A stretch of 64,000 nucleotides of DNA from Deltaproteobacteria bacterium. GTDB lineage: Bacteria > Myxococcota_A > UBA9042 > PHBI01 > JACKFB01. The stretch spans positions 6,231 to 70,230 of the forward strand of contig JACKFB010000014.1 of assembly GCA_020632695.1 (NCBI GenBank), in the 5' to 3' direction. Positions 1 through 12,905 of the stretch are shown piece by piece. The notes beneath the pieces are model-generated. The model was not told the origin of the DNA. It did not search any database and worked only from the letters and a program-made list of their open reading frames with translations. Position 1 is the stretch's first letter; every line of letters begins with the position of its first letter. A program made the translations under genes and the position numbers.

Positions 1-774
1 GTGGAGCGGCTGCCGGACCTGGGCGTCGCCTGGCGCGTGCTGGGCGAAGCGGCGATGGTCAGCGAGCACTGGGGACAGGCGGTCGAGGCGTTCCGCAAGG
101 CGGCCAGCCTGGGGCTGGCGGCGCAGTCGGGCAATTGGGAGCACATGGCCGACGCCCTGGACGAGCACGGCGAGCAGGCCCAGGCGGCCCTGGCGGCGCG
201 GCGCTCGCTGGAGCTGACCGGCAGCGACGTGCACGCGCGAAGGCGGCGTCTGAACCTGCTGGCCGCCATCGAGCACCACGCCGGCGACCTGGACGCCGCC
301 CAGCGCGCGGTGAAGGCCGCGCTGGCGCTGGGGCCCGAGGATCCGGCGGTGCTGCACAACGCCGGCGTGCTCGCCGAGGCCCGCGGCGATCAGGAGGAGG
401 CGCTGCGCCTGTACGAGCGCGCGCTCTCCGAGGTGCCGGTCCCCATGACCTCCTGGCGCATGGGCCACCTGCTGCTGGAGCTGGATCGTCGCCAGGACGC
501 GATGGATGCCTTCACCCAGGCCGCCGCCCACCTCGACCGCTGGACCTGGCCGCGCTCGACCCGCTGGTGGCCCGCCTACGAGGTCGGCAAGCTCTACGCC
601 CACGCCAGCCGGTTGAAGGAGTCCATCGGCTGGTTCGAGGACGCCCTGCGGGAGGCACGCTCGGTGCGCGCGATCCGCGAGGTGCAGAGCTGGCTGGCCT
701 TCGTGCGCGTGCAGACCGACGAGGACACGCCGACCGGCCAGCCTCGAGAGCTGGATCCCATCCAGGCGCCGTGA
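1..774 (+). CDS. TPR-repeat protein, 5'-truncated at the window edge
   Basis: The ORF is open from nt 1 and has GC3-biased codons. The translation shows TPR-like helical repeats (AxxAL...LG motifs). It ends 35 nt upstream of the AAA+ ATPase gene. Confidence 0.5.
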   Translation: MERLPDLGVAWRVLGEAAMVSEHWGQAVEAFRKAASLGLAAQSGNWEHMADALDEHGEQAQAALAARRSLELTGSDVHARRRRLNLLAAIEHHAGDLDAAQRAVKAALALGPEDPAVLHNAGVLAEARGDQEEALRLYERALSEVPVPMTSWRMGHLLLELDRRQDAMDAFTQAAAHLDRWTWPRSTRWWPAYEVGKLYAHASRLKESIGWFEDALREARSVRAIREVQSWLAFVRVQTDEDTPTGQPRELDPIQAP

Positions 775-811
775 GCATTATCCGTGCGCGCGGCGTGGCG
801 CCGCTGATACC

Positions 812-2931
<2,120 letters not shown>

Positions 2932-3065
2932 GAGACGCACCGGGAGGCCTCGCGCGGCGGCCCGGGTAACTCCAGCGACAATTCGACCGTAGACAGTGGG
3001 TGCGCGAGGGCGGGTTGCCTCTCGCCACGACCCCCGCTCAGTGCCTGGTGGCCTCGAGAGGACCG

Positions 3066-5387
3066 ATGACACGACCGATGAGGCGACGGATCCCGCTTCT
3101 GGGATGGATGGTGATCGCGGCGCTGGCCGGCTCGCTGGCGCAGGGCGAGGCGGCGGCGGCGGAGGGCGAGGCCCCCGCGCCGACGGCCGCAGCGCCTGCC
3201 AGGGCCGCCGGCGACGCGGCCGCGCTCGAGCAGACGCCGCGGGTCGAGGCCCGGCTCGTCAGCGACGTCGACTCGATGGTTCCCGGCGGCAGCTTCCGGG
3301 TGGGCGTCCAGTTCACCATCGCCCCCGACTGGCACATGTACTGGATCTACCCGGGGGACGTCGGGCTCCCCACCGAGGTGCACTTCGAGGGCCCCGACGG
3401 GGTCGACTTCGGAGAGCTGCGCTGGCCCACACCGCACCGGATCGAGAGCAGCAACGGCCTGGTGAGCTACGGCTACGCCGACTCGGTGCTGCCCTGGAGT
3501 ACCGTGCGGGCGCCGGCAGGGCTGCTCGAGGGCGAGAAGGTGACGCTCACCGCCCGCGTGCGCTGGCTGGTGTGCGCCGAGAACTGCATCCCCGGGCAGG
3601 CGCAGCTCGCGTTGACGCTACCGGTGGAGAGCACGGCCAGGCCCAGCGCGGCGGCCCCGAGCATCGACGCCGCGGCGACCCTGGTCCCGGGGGAGCTGCC
3701 CCCCGACGTTCGCGTGCGCAGCGAGCTCTCGACGACGGGAGTCGCGCCCGGCGAGAGCTTCGAGGCCGTCTTCCTGATCGAGAGCGCCGGCAGCCGCTCG
3801 CTGGCCGACGCCGAGTTCTTCCCCGCGCCGGCCGACGGCCTGGACACCACCAGCGTGCGCACCGAGACCTCGGGCGCCCATGTGCCCGACGGCGGCCTGC
3901 TCATCCGGGTGGCGGGCGCCGCCTCCACCGACCCCGCGCGCACGGGCGACCGCCTGGACGGCGTGCTGCGGGTAGGCCACGGGGCCAGCGCGGCCGCCTG
4001 GGAGCTGTCTCTGCCCGTGCCGCGCCTGCCGCTGGGGCAGAACGGCGCGCCGGTGACCAGCGGGCTCTTCGCCACCGCCCCGCCCGCGCCGCGGACGCCG
4101 CCCCCGCCGAAGCTCGAAGCGGCGCCGGTGACCACGCCGCCCGCGGAGGTGGGCCCGAGCCTCATGGGGATGCTGCTCTTCGCGCTCCTGGGCGGGCTGA
4201 TCCTCAACGTCATGCCCTGCGTGCTGCCGGTGCTGTCGATCAAGGTGCTGGGGCTGGTGCAGCAGGCCGACGATGACCGGCGCTCCATCTGGTATCACGG
4301 CCTGGCCTACACCGTAGGCATCCTGGCCTCCTTCGCCGTGCTGGGGATCATCCTCATCGCGGCCAAGGCCTCGGGCGAGGCCGTGGGCTGGGGCTTCCAG
4401 TTCCAGGAGCCCGCCTTCGTCGCCGCGATGGGCGCGCTGGTCTTCGCCTTCGGCCTCTCGCTCTTCGGCGTCTTCGAGGTGGAGCTTCCGGGTGCCCACC
4501 ACATCGACGCCAAGGCCGCGCGCCACCACGGCTACACCGGCTCGTTCATGAACGGCGTGCTGGCCACGCTGCTGGCCACGCCCTGCACGGCCCCCTTCCT
4601 GGCCCCGGCGCTGGGCTTCGCCCTGGCCCAACCACCCGCCATCCTGCTGGTCTTCCTGCTCACCATCGGCTTCGGGCTGGCCCTGCCCTTCCTGGTCCTC
4701 GCCGCCATGCCCGCCTGGGCCCGGCATCTCCCGAAGCCCGGCCCCTGGATGGGCACCTTCAAGAAGGCGATGGGCTTCCTGCTCATGGCGACCACCGTGT
4801 GGCTGGTGGACGTCCTCTCGGGCCAGTGGGACCGCACGGCCATGACCCACTACCTGGGCTTCCTCACCTTGCTGGCCTTCGCGGCCTGGATCTACGGCCA
4901 CTGGGGCAACCACCCCTTCGCGCGCAACACGCGGGTCGGCGCCCTCATCGTGGCGGTCGCCCTGGTGGCCGGCGGCGCCGTGGGGCTCCTGCGACCGGCC
5001 CAGGTCGAGGTGGGCGACATCGCCTGGAAGGACTTCACCCAGGTCGACGTCGAGGCCATGTCGCAGAGCGGCAAGACCGTGTTCATCGACTTCACCGCCG
5101 ACTGGTGCGTGACCTGCAAGGTCTACGAACGCACGGTGATCAACACCGACCCGGTGAAGGGAGCGCTCGCCCAGGGCTGCGTGCTGCCGGTGCGCGCCGA
5201 CTACACCAAGGAGGACCCGCGCATCACCCACTGGCTCGAGCGCTTCAAGCGGCCCGGCGTCCCCATGTACGTCATCCTCCCCGCCGGCCGCCCCCACGAG
5301 CCGCTGCTGCTGCCGGACGTCCTGACCGAGTCCTCGCTCCTGGAGGGCCTGATTCAAGCGGGGCCAGCCACCGACTGCCCCACTTGA
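3066..5387 (+). CDS. dsbD: Thiol:disulfide interchange protein DsbD
   Basis: It has a signal peptide. The DsbD-alpha region carries the VCAENC cysteine pair. A central polytopic domain contains MPCVLPV and TPCTAPF cysteines. The C-terminal thioredoxin domain has DFTADWCVTCKV (CxxC). The ORF reaches upstream to 3000; the start was chosen at MTRPMRRR. Confidence 0.9.
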   Translation: MTRPMRRRIPLLGWMVIAALAGSLAQGEAAAAEGEAPAPTAAAPARAAGDAAALEQTPRVEARLVSDVDSMVPGGSFRVGVQFTIAPDWHMYWIYPGDVGLPTEVHFEGPDGVDFGELRWPTPHRIESSNGLVSYGYADSVLPWSTVRAPAGLLEGEKVTLTARVRWLVCAENCIPGQAQLALTLPVESTARPSAAAPSIDAAATLVPGELPPDVRVRSELSTTGVAPGESFEAVFLIESAGSRSLADAEFFPAPADGLDTTSVRTETSGAHVPDGGLLIRVAGAASTDPARTGDRLDGVLRVGHGASAAAWELSLPVPRLPLGQNGAPVTSGLFATAPPAPRTPPPPKLEAAPVTTPPAEVGPSLMGMLLFALLGGLILNVMPCVLPVLSIKVLGLVQQADDDRRSIWYHGLAYTVGILASFAVLGIILIAAKASGEAVGWGFQFQEPAFVAAMGALVFAFGLSLFGVFEVELPGAHHIDAKAARHHGYTGSFMNGVLATLLATPCTAPFLAPALGFALAQPPAILLVFLLTIGFGLALPFLVLAAMPAWARHLPKPGPWMGTFKKAMGFLLMATTVWLVDVLSGQWDRTAMTHYLGFLTLLAFAAWIYGHWGNHPFARNTRVGALIVAVALVAGGAVGLLRPAQVEVGDIAWKDFTQVDVEAMSQSGKTVFIDFTADWCVTCKVYERTVINTDPVKGALAQGCVLPVRADYTKEDPRITHWLERFKRPGVPMYVILPAGRPHEPLLLPDVLTESSLLEGLIQAGPATDCPT

Positions 5388-5418
5388 GATCGGGGTCGAT
5401 GGCCGGGGCGGCCGCTAC

Positions 5419-5900
5419 GAGCCTCGCTGGCGGCGCTCCCTCGGGTCAGGCCTGCGACGGGCTGAAGCCCGACTCGGCCTGCCCTCGGTCGCGCCGCCAC
5501 CAGCGAGGCTCTCGCTGGCCGCCTCGGCCATCGCACACGGGGGCGTAGTCGGTCGGGGTTGGGGGTTTGGGTGGCGGGTCGGGATGTCGGGGCTCGGCCT
5601 TCGGCCTCGGGTTGGGGGCGGGCTGCGATCTGGGAGCTCGGCCTTCGGCCTCGGGCTGACAGACGGGGCAGTGACGGGCTTGGCTCGGGCGCGGTACCGG
5701 TCTCGGTGGCGGCGTCAGGCTCAGTGCCGGGCTCGGTGCCGGGCTCAGGCACGATCCGGTCTCGGTCCGGTGGCGGCTCCGGCCTCCGGTCTCGTGTGGC
5801 AGGCTCGGTGGCCTCAGGCTCGGCTCGGTGTCGGGCTCGGATCGGTGTCGGCTCAGGCTCGGCCTCGCTGACGATCTCGGCCTCGGTCTCGTGACTCATC
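5419..5900 (+). repeat. Intergenic repeat element, copy A: nested stem-loop core followed by a G-quadruplex-prone (GGNTCG)n tract
   Basis: The 46-nt core TCGGGTCAGGCCTGCGACGGGCTGAAGCCCGACTCGGCCTGCCCTCG (5441-5487) is identical to that in copies B and C. It is flanked by the inverted repeat GAGCCTCGCTGGCGGCGC / GCGCCGCCACCAGCGAGGCTC (5419-5436 and 5491-5511). It is followed by GGGGTTGGGGGTTTGGGTGGCGGGTCGGG and about 300 bp of GGCTCG-type hexamers. Confidence 0.7.
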
Positions 5901-8140
5901 TCGGCCCCGGCTCGGTGACGGGCTCGGTCTCAGCCCCTCCTGTCAGTCTCCAGTTCGGCCTCGGGCTCAGGTGACGGCTGATTCTGGTCTCCAGTCGACT
6001 CGGACTCAGTCGGACTCGTGGCTCGACCGGTCTGCTCGGACTCGGACCAGGCTCGGTCCCGGGCTGGACTCGTCAGCCTCGCTGGCCCTCGGCCGTTAGG
6101 ACCGCCAGCGGCTTCCTGCCAGCAGCCAGCGGCGCTCGCCGTACCAGCGTCCACAGGCAGGCGCAGGCGTCCGGTGGCTCGCTCGACCGCTCCATCGAGC
6201 TCGAGATGGCTGGCCCACGCGGCGCCGTATCACCTCTTCGCGCGACTACCGGGCAGGCCCAGCTCCCGCTCAGCCCGGTGACGATCGCCAGGCGGTACCA
6301 CCGCCTGCCTCCCGAATGCCGGTTCGCGGGTGCGCGGTCGGGCGTCATCCAGCTTCCACGAGCTCTGCACTGGCGCCTGTGACGATAGCTGACGCCTCGT
6401 ATTCCGCTCGCTCGAGCCCTCGCGGGGCCCACGCACCGTCGTCGCCGCGCCGCATCTTCGCCTCGGCAGCGTCGCCACCGGGAAGTCGGACCCGCCGATA
6501 GTCCAGCACGTGCGGGCCTGTGCCCTCGATGGACCGCAGCGACCGTCGGCCGCGTTTTGGCAGCGCAACTCCCGTTAACCGCCGCAGCTCCGCACCTCGT
6601 GGTCGGCACCACCGGCTCCAGCGTCTGCAGCTCGTCTCCGATCCTGGCGAGGCCCTCCGGGGCCACCAGCCTGACGCCCTGATGCCTCAGCCCCACCTCC
6701 CACCGGGTGAACTGCCCCGCCGCGCCGTCAGCAGCTCGATCCTCGCCTGCGCGCGAAGGGCGGCGCGCGTCCACGCCTCTCGCGCGACCTCGCCGCCACG
6801 GCGCATGCGCCCTGCCATCGCTGTCAGGTCGCGGCTCGCGAGTCAGCAGCGGTCGGTGCGCCAGCATCGCGCGCCGGTCCGACGCAGTCCACCACCTGCG
6901 CCTCGACGTCGCGCGCAGCACCACCTCCCCTGGGTCCTCCAGGTGTAGCCAGGCGCGGTCCAATTCAGCCCTACCGTCAGGCGCCAGCACCTGCAGGCCG
7001 CGCCCACGGGTCGACGCTCGTCCACCGAGAACACGAGATCCCCACCTGCATGCGATCGTCGGGTCGGTCGACGTCGGTCCATCAGAAGCCAGGGTGTCCA
7101 GCCGCCTGAGCCTTTGACCGCGAGGGACTCGAGAAGCGCGCCTGCGGCTCGGCGTCGTTCACCACGTCCACGGCGAGCGCCTCGGCGGCGTCCACCAGAT
7201 CATCGCCTCTCGGCCCCGTGAAATCTGCCAGGTCCCTCAGCGCGTCCGCCGCCGGGGCGTCCCCGCGCGCCTCGTCAACGCCAGCCGCAGCTTCTCCTGC
7301 CCGCTGCCGCAGATCCCTTCGCCGCGGGCGTCCACTGGTCCCAGCGCCACCACCCGCACGCGCGACCGGCGCCAACGCGCCCTTCAGACGCGCTGTCGGT
7401 CACACGCCGGCGCCGGCCTCGGCGCCAACAACCCCCGATCCCTACCAGCAGGGTCACCGCACCACGCGACGGCGGTCCGGCCAGCGCGTCGCCTTCGGTC
7501 GACCTTGCCGCGGCGCCTCGAACGCTGCCTCGCCTCCTCCGCTGCCCGGCTCCCGACTCCGCTCACCCGGCACCACGCCCAGCGCACGTCACCCCCTCGT
7601 CGGCGCCCGCCGCCGGTCGACCTCGACACCGCCCGCTGCCGCCGCCCGCACCCCGCCGCGCCAGCCACGCCACCGGATCCAGCCCCACGCGCCTCCTCCA
7701 CCGCCCTCGCGCCCCGCAGTGCAACTCATGCCCAGATCGCCGCCCGCCGCACCACCACCACCGCCCCTCATCATCCTGCACCGGTCCCCAACCCTCTACC
7801 GCCCCCCCCCGCCGAACCCGAAGCCCGTCCACGAAATCCAGCCACAGCCACGGCCGCGTTCGGTGACGGCTCGCCCTCGGTCTCAGTGGGACGCGCGGTC
7901 TCGGTCTCTGTCGGTCTCGGACTCGGCCTCGGCCTCGGCGACAGTCTCGGCCTCAGACTCGGCCCCGGCCCCAGCCTCAGTCTCGGCCCCTCAGCCTCAC
8001 GGTCCGGTCCAGCCTCGGTGTCGGTGACGGCCTCGGCGACAGTCTCGGTCTCAGCTTCGGCCTCGGACTCGGCCCCAGCCTCGGCCCGGCCACGGCGGCC
8101 CGGCCTCGACCCCAGCCTCGGTCCCCCTCCTCGCCTGTCC

Positions 8141-11100
8141 CTACAACTCGAGCAGACGCCACCGCGCGCAGTCGGGGATCTCCTCCAGCGTGCGGCCGAC
8201 CAGGATCACCGCCAGGTCGGAGGCGTAGATGCCGTAGGCCTCGTGGTTGTCGGCGATGGCTATCTCGGTCCAGCTCGCCGGTCGTCGGGTCGGCGTCTCG
8301 CAGCACGATCCACAGCGTGGCCTGGACGTTCCCGGTGGGTCGGGCGAGCGGCCGAAGATGAACACGTGGGTGCTGTTGGTGGCGATGCCGAAGGCCGCGG
8401 CCACGGTCGAGGCAGCCCGGGCCTTCCCAGCGACCCAGCCCGTGGTCGTGCGGCGGCGCAGCGTGCCGTTCCCCCGACGATCCAGGGCTCCGCGCCGACG
8501 TAGGCGATGTCGTGCATGTCGATGCCGATGGGCAGGTGCTCGACCTGCCAGGTCGGAGTCGCCGTCGCTGAACAGCACGCTGATCCACCGTTGTATCCCC
8601 GGCGAGCACCCGACCCGGCGACGGCTCCGGCGTCGGTACGGCCGGCGATGGCGGTGGGGTAAGAGCGCGCCAGCCACCGAGGCCTCAGGTCTGTCAGGCG
8701 CGCCGCAGGTCACCGCCACCGTGCAGCGTCGTCCTCGCGCTCGCAGCGGACGACCCGGATGCCAGCGCGTCGCGGCCGGCGATGTAGTACGCGTCGGTCG
8801 TGGTCCCGTCGTCGAGCGCCGCGCTCCAGACGCCGCTGGAGCCGATCGGCAGCACCGCCTCGAGCGCGTCGGACGTCGCTGCCGACGAGGTCGACGCTGT
8901 CGGAGCCGGGCTCGACGCGGCCGATCTCGCCGTCGACACCCACCGTGAGGTCGCGAGGAGCCCGGTGAGCGCCCAGGGGATGGGCGTGCCGGCCAGCGGC
9001 GACGCGGGGCGGCGCCTGCAGGCGATGCAGCACGCTCCAGATGCCGCCGTCGCCGACGCACTCGTCGCCGACCAGCAGGTAGCGGGTCAGGACGTATAGG
9101 ACCCGCCGAAGCGCGTAGCCTGATGGTGCCCTCCGCCGCCACCGCGCAGGTAGCGTCCCCGAGCGGGACCTGCGCCACCTGGGTGCCCGCACAGCCCACC
9201 CACGCACAGGTCAGGCGCCGTGGCGGCCGTAGCGTCGTCGCAGCTCGTGAAATCAGGGGCGCGCCTCCTGGACGCAGCCCGTCTCCGCGCTGCAGGTGCC
9301 GATGCTGCATCCGCTGCCGTCGTCGCACGCGGCGTCGTTCGGGGTGTGGGTGCAGGCGTCGCCAGTGCAGGCGTCCTGGGTGCAGGCGCCGTCGTCGCAG
9401 GGGCTCGCCGACGCCACCGCAGGTCCCGGCGTCGCAGATCGACGCGGAGGTGCACGGGTCCCCGTCGTCGCACGAGAGGCCGCCGGTGACCGGGCTGCTC
9501 TCGCAGGCGCCCGTCGCCTGGGAGCAGGCGTCGGTGGTGCACGGGTTGGCGTCGTCGCAGTCGGGGGCCACGCCGGGCGGCAGGCGCCCTCGACGCAGAG
9601 GTCTCCCACGGTGCAGAGGTCTCCGTCGTCGCACGCGCCGGCCACCGCCACGTGGCTGCAGCCCGTCCCGACCACGCAGGCGTCGGTGGTGCAGGGGGTT
9701 GCCGTCGTCAGGCCCCGTCGTCAGGCGGAGATGCACCCGCGAGCGGGTCGCACGCGTCGGCGCTGCATGCGGCGCCGTCCTCGCAGCGGCTGTCGCGCGG
9801 CTCGGACACGCACCCTCCAGCGTGCAGAGATCCTCAGTGCACTCGACGGCGTCGCTGCACAGGCGTCGTCCAGCGTCGTGCGGCAGCCCTCGAGGATCGC
9901 AGACCTCCGACGTGCAGGCGACCTCGTCCTGGCACGCCGTGTCGACCGCCGCGTGGCTGCACCTGATGTCCGGCACGCAGGCGTCGAGGTGCAGTCGATG
10001 GCGTCGTCGCAATCGGTCGGGCTCGTCGCTTTTACAGTCCGGACTGGCGGACCTCCGCGGTCGTGCACGGGTCGTTGTCGGGCACGGGGTGCCGTCGTCT
10101 ACGGCGACGGACTCGCACGCTCCGTGACGGAGCTGCAGGCCAGCACCTGGCAGGGGCTCCGTCGACGGCGGGCACACCACCGGCGGCGCCGTCTGGATCG
10201 CACTCGCCGGTCAGGTCAGGCAGCTCCACGCAGTCGAAGGTGGCCCGCAGCGTCGCCGTGCCGCGATCGGCGGCGACGGTGCACTCGCAGACGTTGTCGC
10301 CCGGCTGGCAACCTCCGCCGGAGCACAGGTCGCCGTCGGTGCATGGGAGCCGTCGTCGCACGCGGCGCCGTCGTCAGGCGTGTTCTCGCGCGGTGATCGC
10401 TCGCAGCGGTCGCTGGTGCAGGGTTCCCGTCAGCGCACGGCGAGTCGTCGAGCGTGTGGACGCAGACGCCGTCGGCGCTGCACGCGTCGATGGTGCAAGG
10501 CACGTCGTCGTTGCAGTCCGGCGGCCCGGGCACGCAGACGCCGCCATCGCACGCGTCGCCGACGGTGCACGGGTTACCGTCGTCGCAGGCCCCGACCCGA
10601 GGCGGGTTGCTGGACAGCCGGCGACGGGGTCGCAGGACTCGTCGGTGCACGGTTGCCGTCGTCACAGCTCGCCGCGTCCGGCGTGTGGACGCACTGGCCC
10701 GACTCGCAGGCGTCCATCGTGCAGGCCACCGCGTCCGGAGCAGTCCAGGGCGACGCCGGCGCAGACCCCGGTCGCGCACTGGTCGGCGGTGGTGCAGGGG
10801 TCGCCGTCGTCGCACTCGCCCGTCCACGGCTGGTGCGTGCACCCCTCGGCCTCGGTGCGCGTCGGTCGTGCAGGGTCGCCGTCGTCGCAGTCGGTGGCTT
10901 CGTGGTGCACCGCCCGCCCGCAGACGCCGTTCTCGGTGCAGGGCGAGCCGTCGTCGCAGGCCCCGCCGTCCAGCGGAGTCGCCGCGCAGGGCGCCGTCTG
11001 CGGGTCGCAGGCGTCGCTGGTGCCAGGGTTCGAGTCGTCGCAGGGCAGCACGTCCCCTGGCAGACGCCCGCTGCGCAGGCGTCGTCGATGGTGCGGGGTC

Positions 11101-12646
11101 GCCGTCGTCACAGAGCCCGCGCCGGTGTCGGGCTCGTGCGTGCAGGCCGGTCGCCGCAGCGCAGGCGTCGATGGAGCAGGGGTTCCGATCGCTGCAGTCG
11201 CGCGGCTGACCGCGGCAGGCGCCCTCGTCGTCGCAGCGGTCGTCCAACGAGCAGGCGTCGCCGTCGTCGCAGGCGGCCGCCGAGGACCGTCGCCGCGCAG
11301 AGCCCGGTCGCCGGTCGCAGGCCACCTGCGTGCAGGGGTCGTCGTCCTCGGTGCAGGTGGTGACGGTGCCGGGGTCGATCTCGCAGGCGCGCTCGCCACC
11401 GGGAAGGACACGCAGCGGTTCGCCAGCGCAGAGGTCCTCGGGCGGCGCGCAGTCCTCGTCGACCTCGCAGGGGCAGGTGCTGGCCCCGCCGCCGCAGGCG
11501 CCGGCCTCGCAGACCGTGCCCTCGGTGCAGGGGTCCGAATCGTCGCAAGCGGTCCCGTCGGCCGCCGGCCCCGAGACGCAGCCGCCGCTCACGGGTCGCA
11601 GGACGCCTGCTGACAAGGCGCGTCGGGCAGGCACACGACAGGCTCCCCAGGCGAACACACCCCGCTCCCGGTACACGCCCCACCCCCGCGCGGGGTCGCC
11701 TCCATCGCAAGCGACGCCGACCGCCACCTCGACCACGCACGCCCCCAAGCCATCGCAAGCAGCCACGCCGCACTGAGGATCCACCGCGCCCGGCAGCGGG
11801 CACGGGCTGCCCAGCTCAAGGCCTGCGGCACGCAGAACCCGCCCACACACGCGCTCGGAGCACACGGCAGTCGCCCGCCATCACGCACTATCGCGGCCCG
11901 GGCGCCGGACAATCGCCAGCCGTCGTGCAACCCGATCCCGCATCCGTCTCCACGTCCGGGCCAGTGTCGGTCTCGGTCTCGGTCTCGGTGTCGGTCTCGG
12001 CGTCGGTGTCGGCCTCGGTGTCGGTGTCGGTCTCGGTGTCGATGTCGGTGTCGGTCTCGGCCCCGGCCCCGGCGTCGGTGTCGGCGTCGGTCTCGGTGTC
12101 GGCGTCGGTCTCGGTGTCGGCGTCGGTCTCGGTGTCGGTCTCGGCCCCGGTGTCGGTCTCGGACCCGGTGTCGGTCTCGGACCCGGTGTCGGTCTCGGTC
12201 CCGGTCTCGGTCTCGGTCTCGGCCCCGGTGTCGGTCTCGGTCCCGGTGTCGGTCTCGGCCCCGGTGTCGGTCTCGGCCCCGGTGTCCGAGGCCGCGTCCG
12301 AGGCCGTATCCGCGTCCGCGTCCGAGTCCGAGGCCGCGTCCGCGTCCGAGTCCGAGGCCGTGTCCGCGTCCGCGTCCGAGTCCGCGTCCGAGTCCGTGTC
12401 CGTGTCCGTGTCCGAGTCCGCGTCCGAGACCGCGTCCGTGTCCGCGTCTGGGACCGCGTCCGCGTCTGGGACCGCGTCCGAGACCGCGTCCGAGTCCGCG
12501 TCGGGGATCGGGGAGGCGTCGGCGTCGGCCGTCGGGCCGACCTCCGCCGTGTCCGGGTTCTCCAGGTCGCCTTCCCCGGAGCCGCCCTCACATCCCAATG
12601 CGATGAGGGCCGCTACGGCCACCCACGCCAACCTCGAACCACGCAT
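8141..12646 (-). pseudogene. Lipoprotein with acidic (D/T/S)n linker and myxococcal cysteine-rich repeats, apparently broken by multiple frameshifts
   Basis: A lipobox N-terminus [19 protein letters not shown] is encoded at 12646. A TD/SD/AD-rich linker follows (12600-11890). CDDGDPCT / CDDGNPCTVGDAC-type repeats are then spread over at least three reading frames between 11900 and 8900 (ORFs 10216..11865, 10662..11411, 10032..10361, 9253..9675, 8141..10180). A C-terminal piece is also split across frames (8140-8700). The breaks could be sequencing errors instead of true decay. Confidence 0.45.
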
Positions 12647-12795
12647 CCTCGCTCCCGCATCAACCCGTCATCGCGCGACCAGTGTCTGTTACGGGTGCAG
12701 ACGAAGCAAAATGAAGCGACGCGGCGCGGGGGTGCGGTCGACTGCACCGCTGAGCCCCGGCCTGGCGGCGCCGGACGGCCGCCGCTCGGGCGCCG

Positions 12796-12813
12796 CCAGG
12801 CCGGATGGCCTGG
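12796..12813. promoter_or_regulatory. Perfect inverted repeat CCAGGCC-GGAT-GGCCTGG in a divergent promoter region
   Basis: It is a 7-bp dyad with a 4-nt spacer. It lies in the 260-bp gap between the divergently oriented lipoprotein gene and the quinone oxidoreductase gene. This is a candidate operator. Confidence 0.25.
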
Positions 12814-12905
12814 GTGGCATCTGCCGGCAGCTTCAACTCGCGGCGCGATCCGGGCTAAGCTCCCGGCGCTCCCGCGGGGGGAGCCCCCCGGGACGAGGAG
12901 CGGAC

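Noticed and set aside
3618-5357. 579-aa ORF on minus strand
   Set aside because: It is antisense to dsbD, which has clear DsbD motifs on the plus strand. It is a compositional artifact.
5354-5899. 181-aa minus-strand ORF and 111-aa/95-aa plus-strand ORFs across the copy-A tract
   Set aside because: The translations are pure PEPTEP / GSGSG low complexity, generated by the hexamer microsatellite. There is no start context.
11925-12905. N-terminal (VSVS)n part of the 656-aa plus-strand ORF (11925-13895)
   Set aside because: It is the reverse complement of the lipoprotein acidic linker. The real gene (quinone oxidoreductase) starts at GTG 12906.
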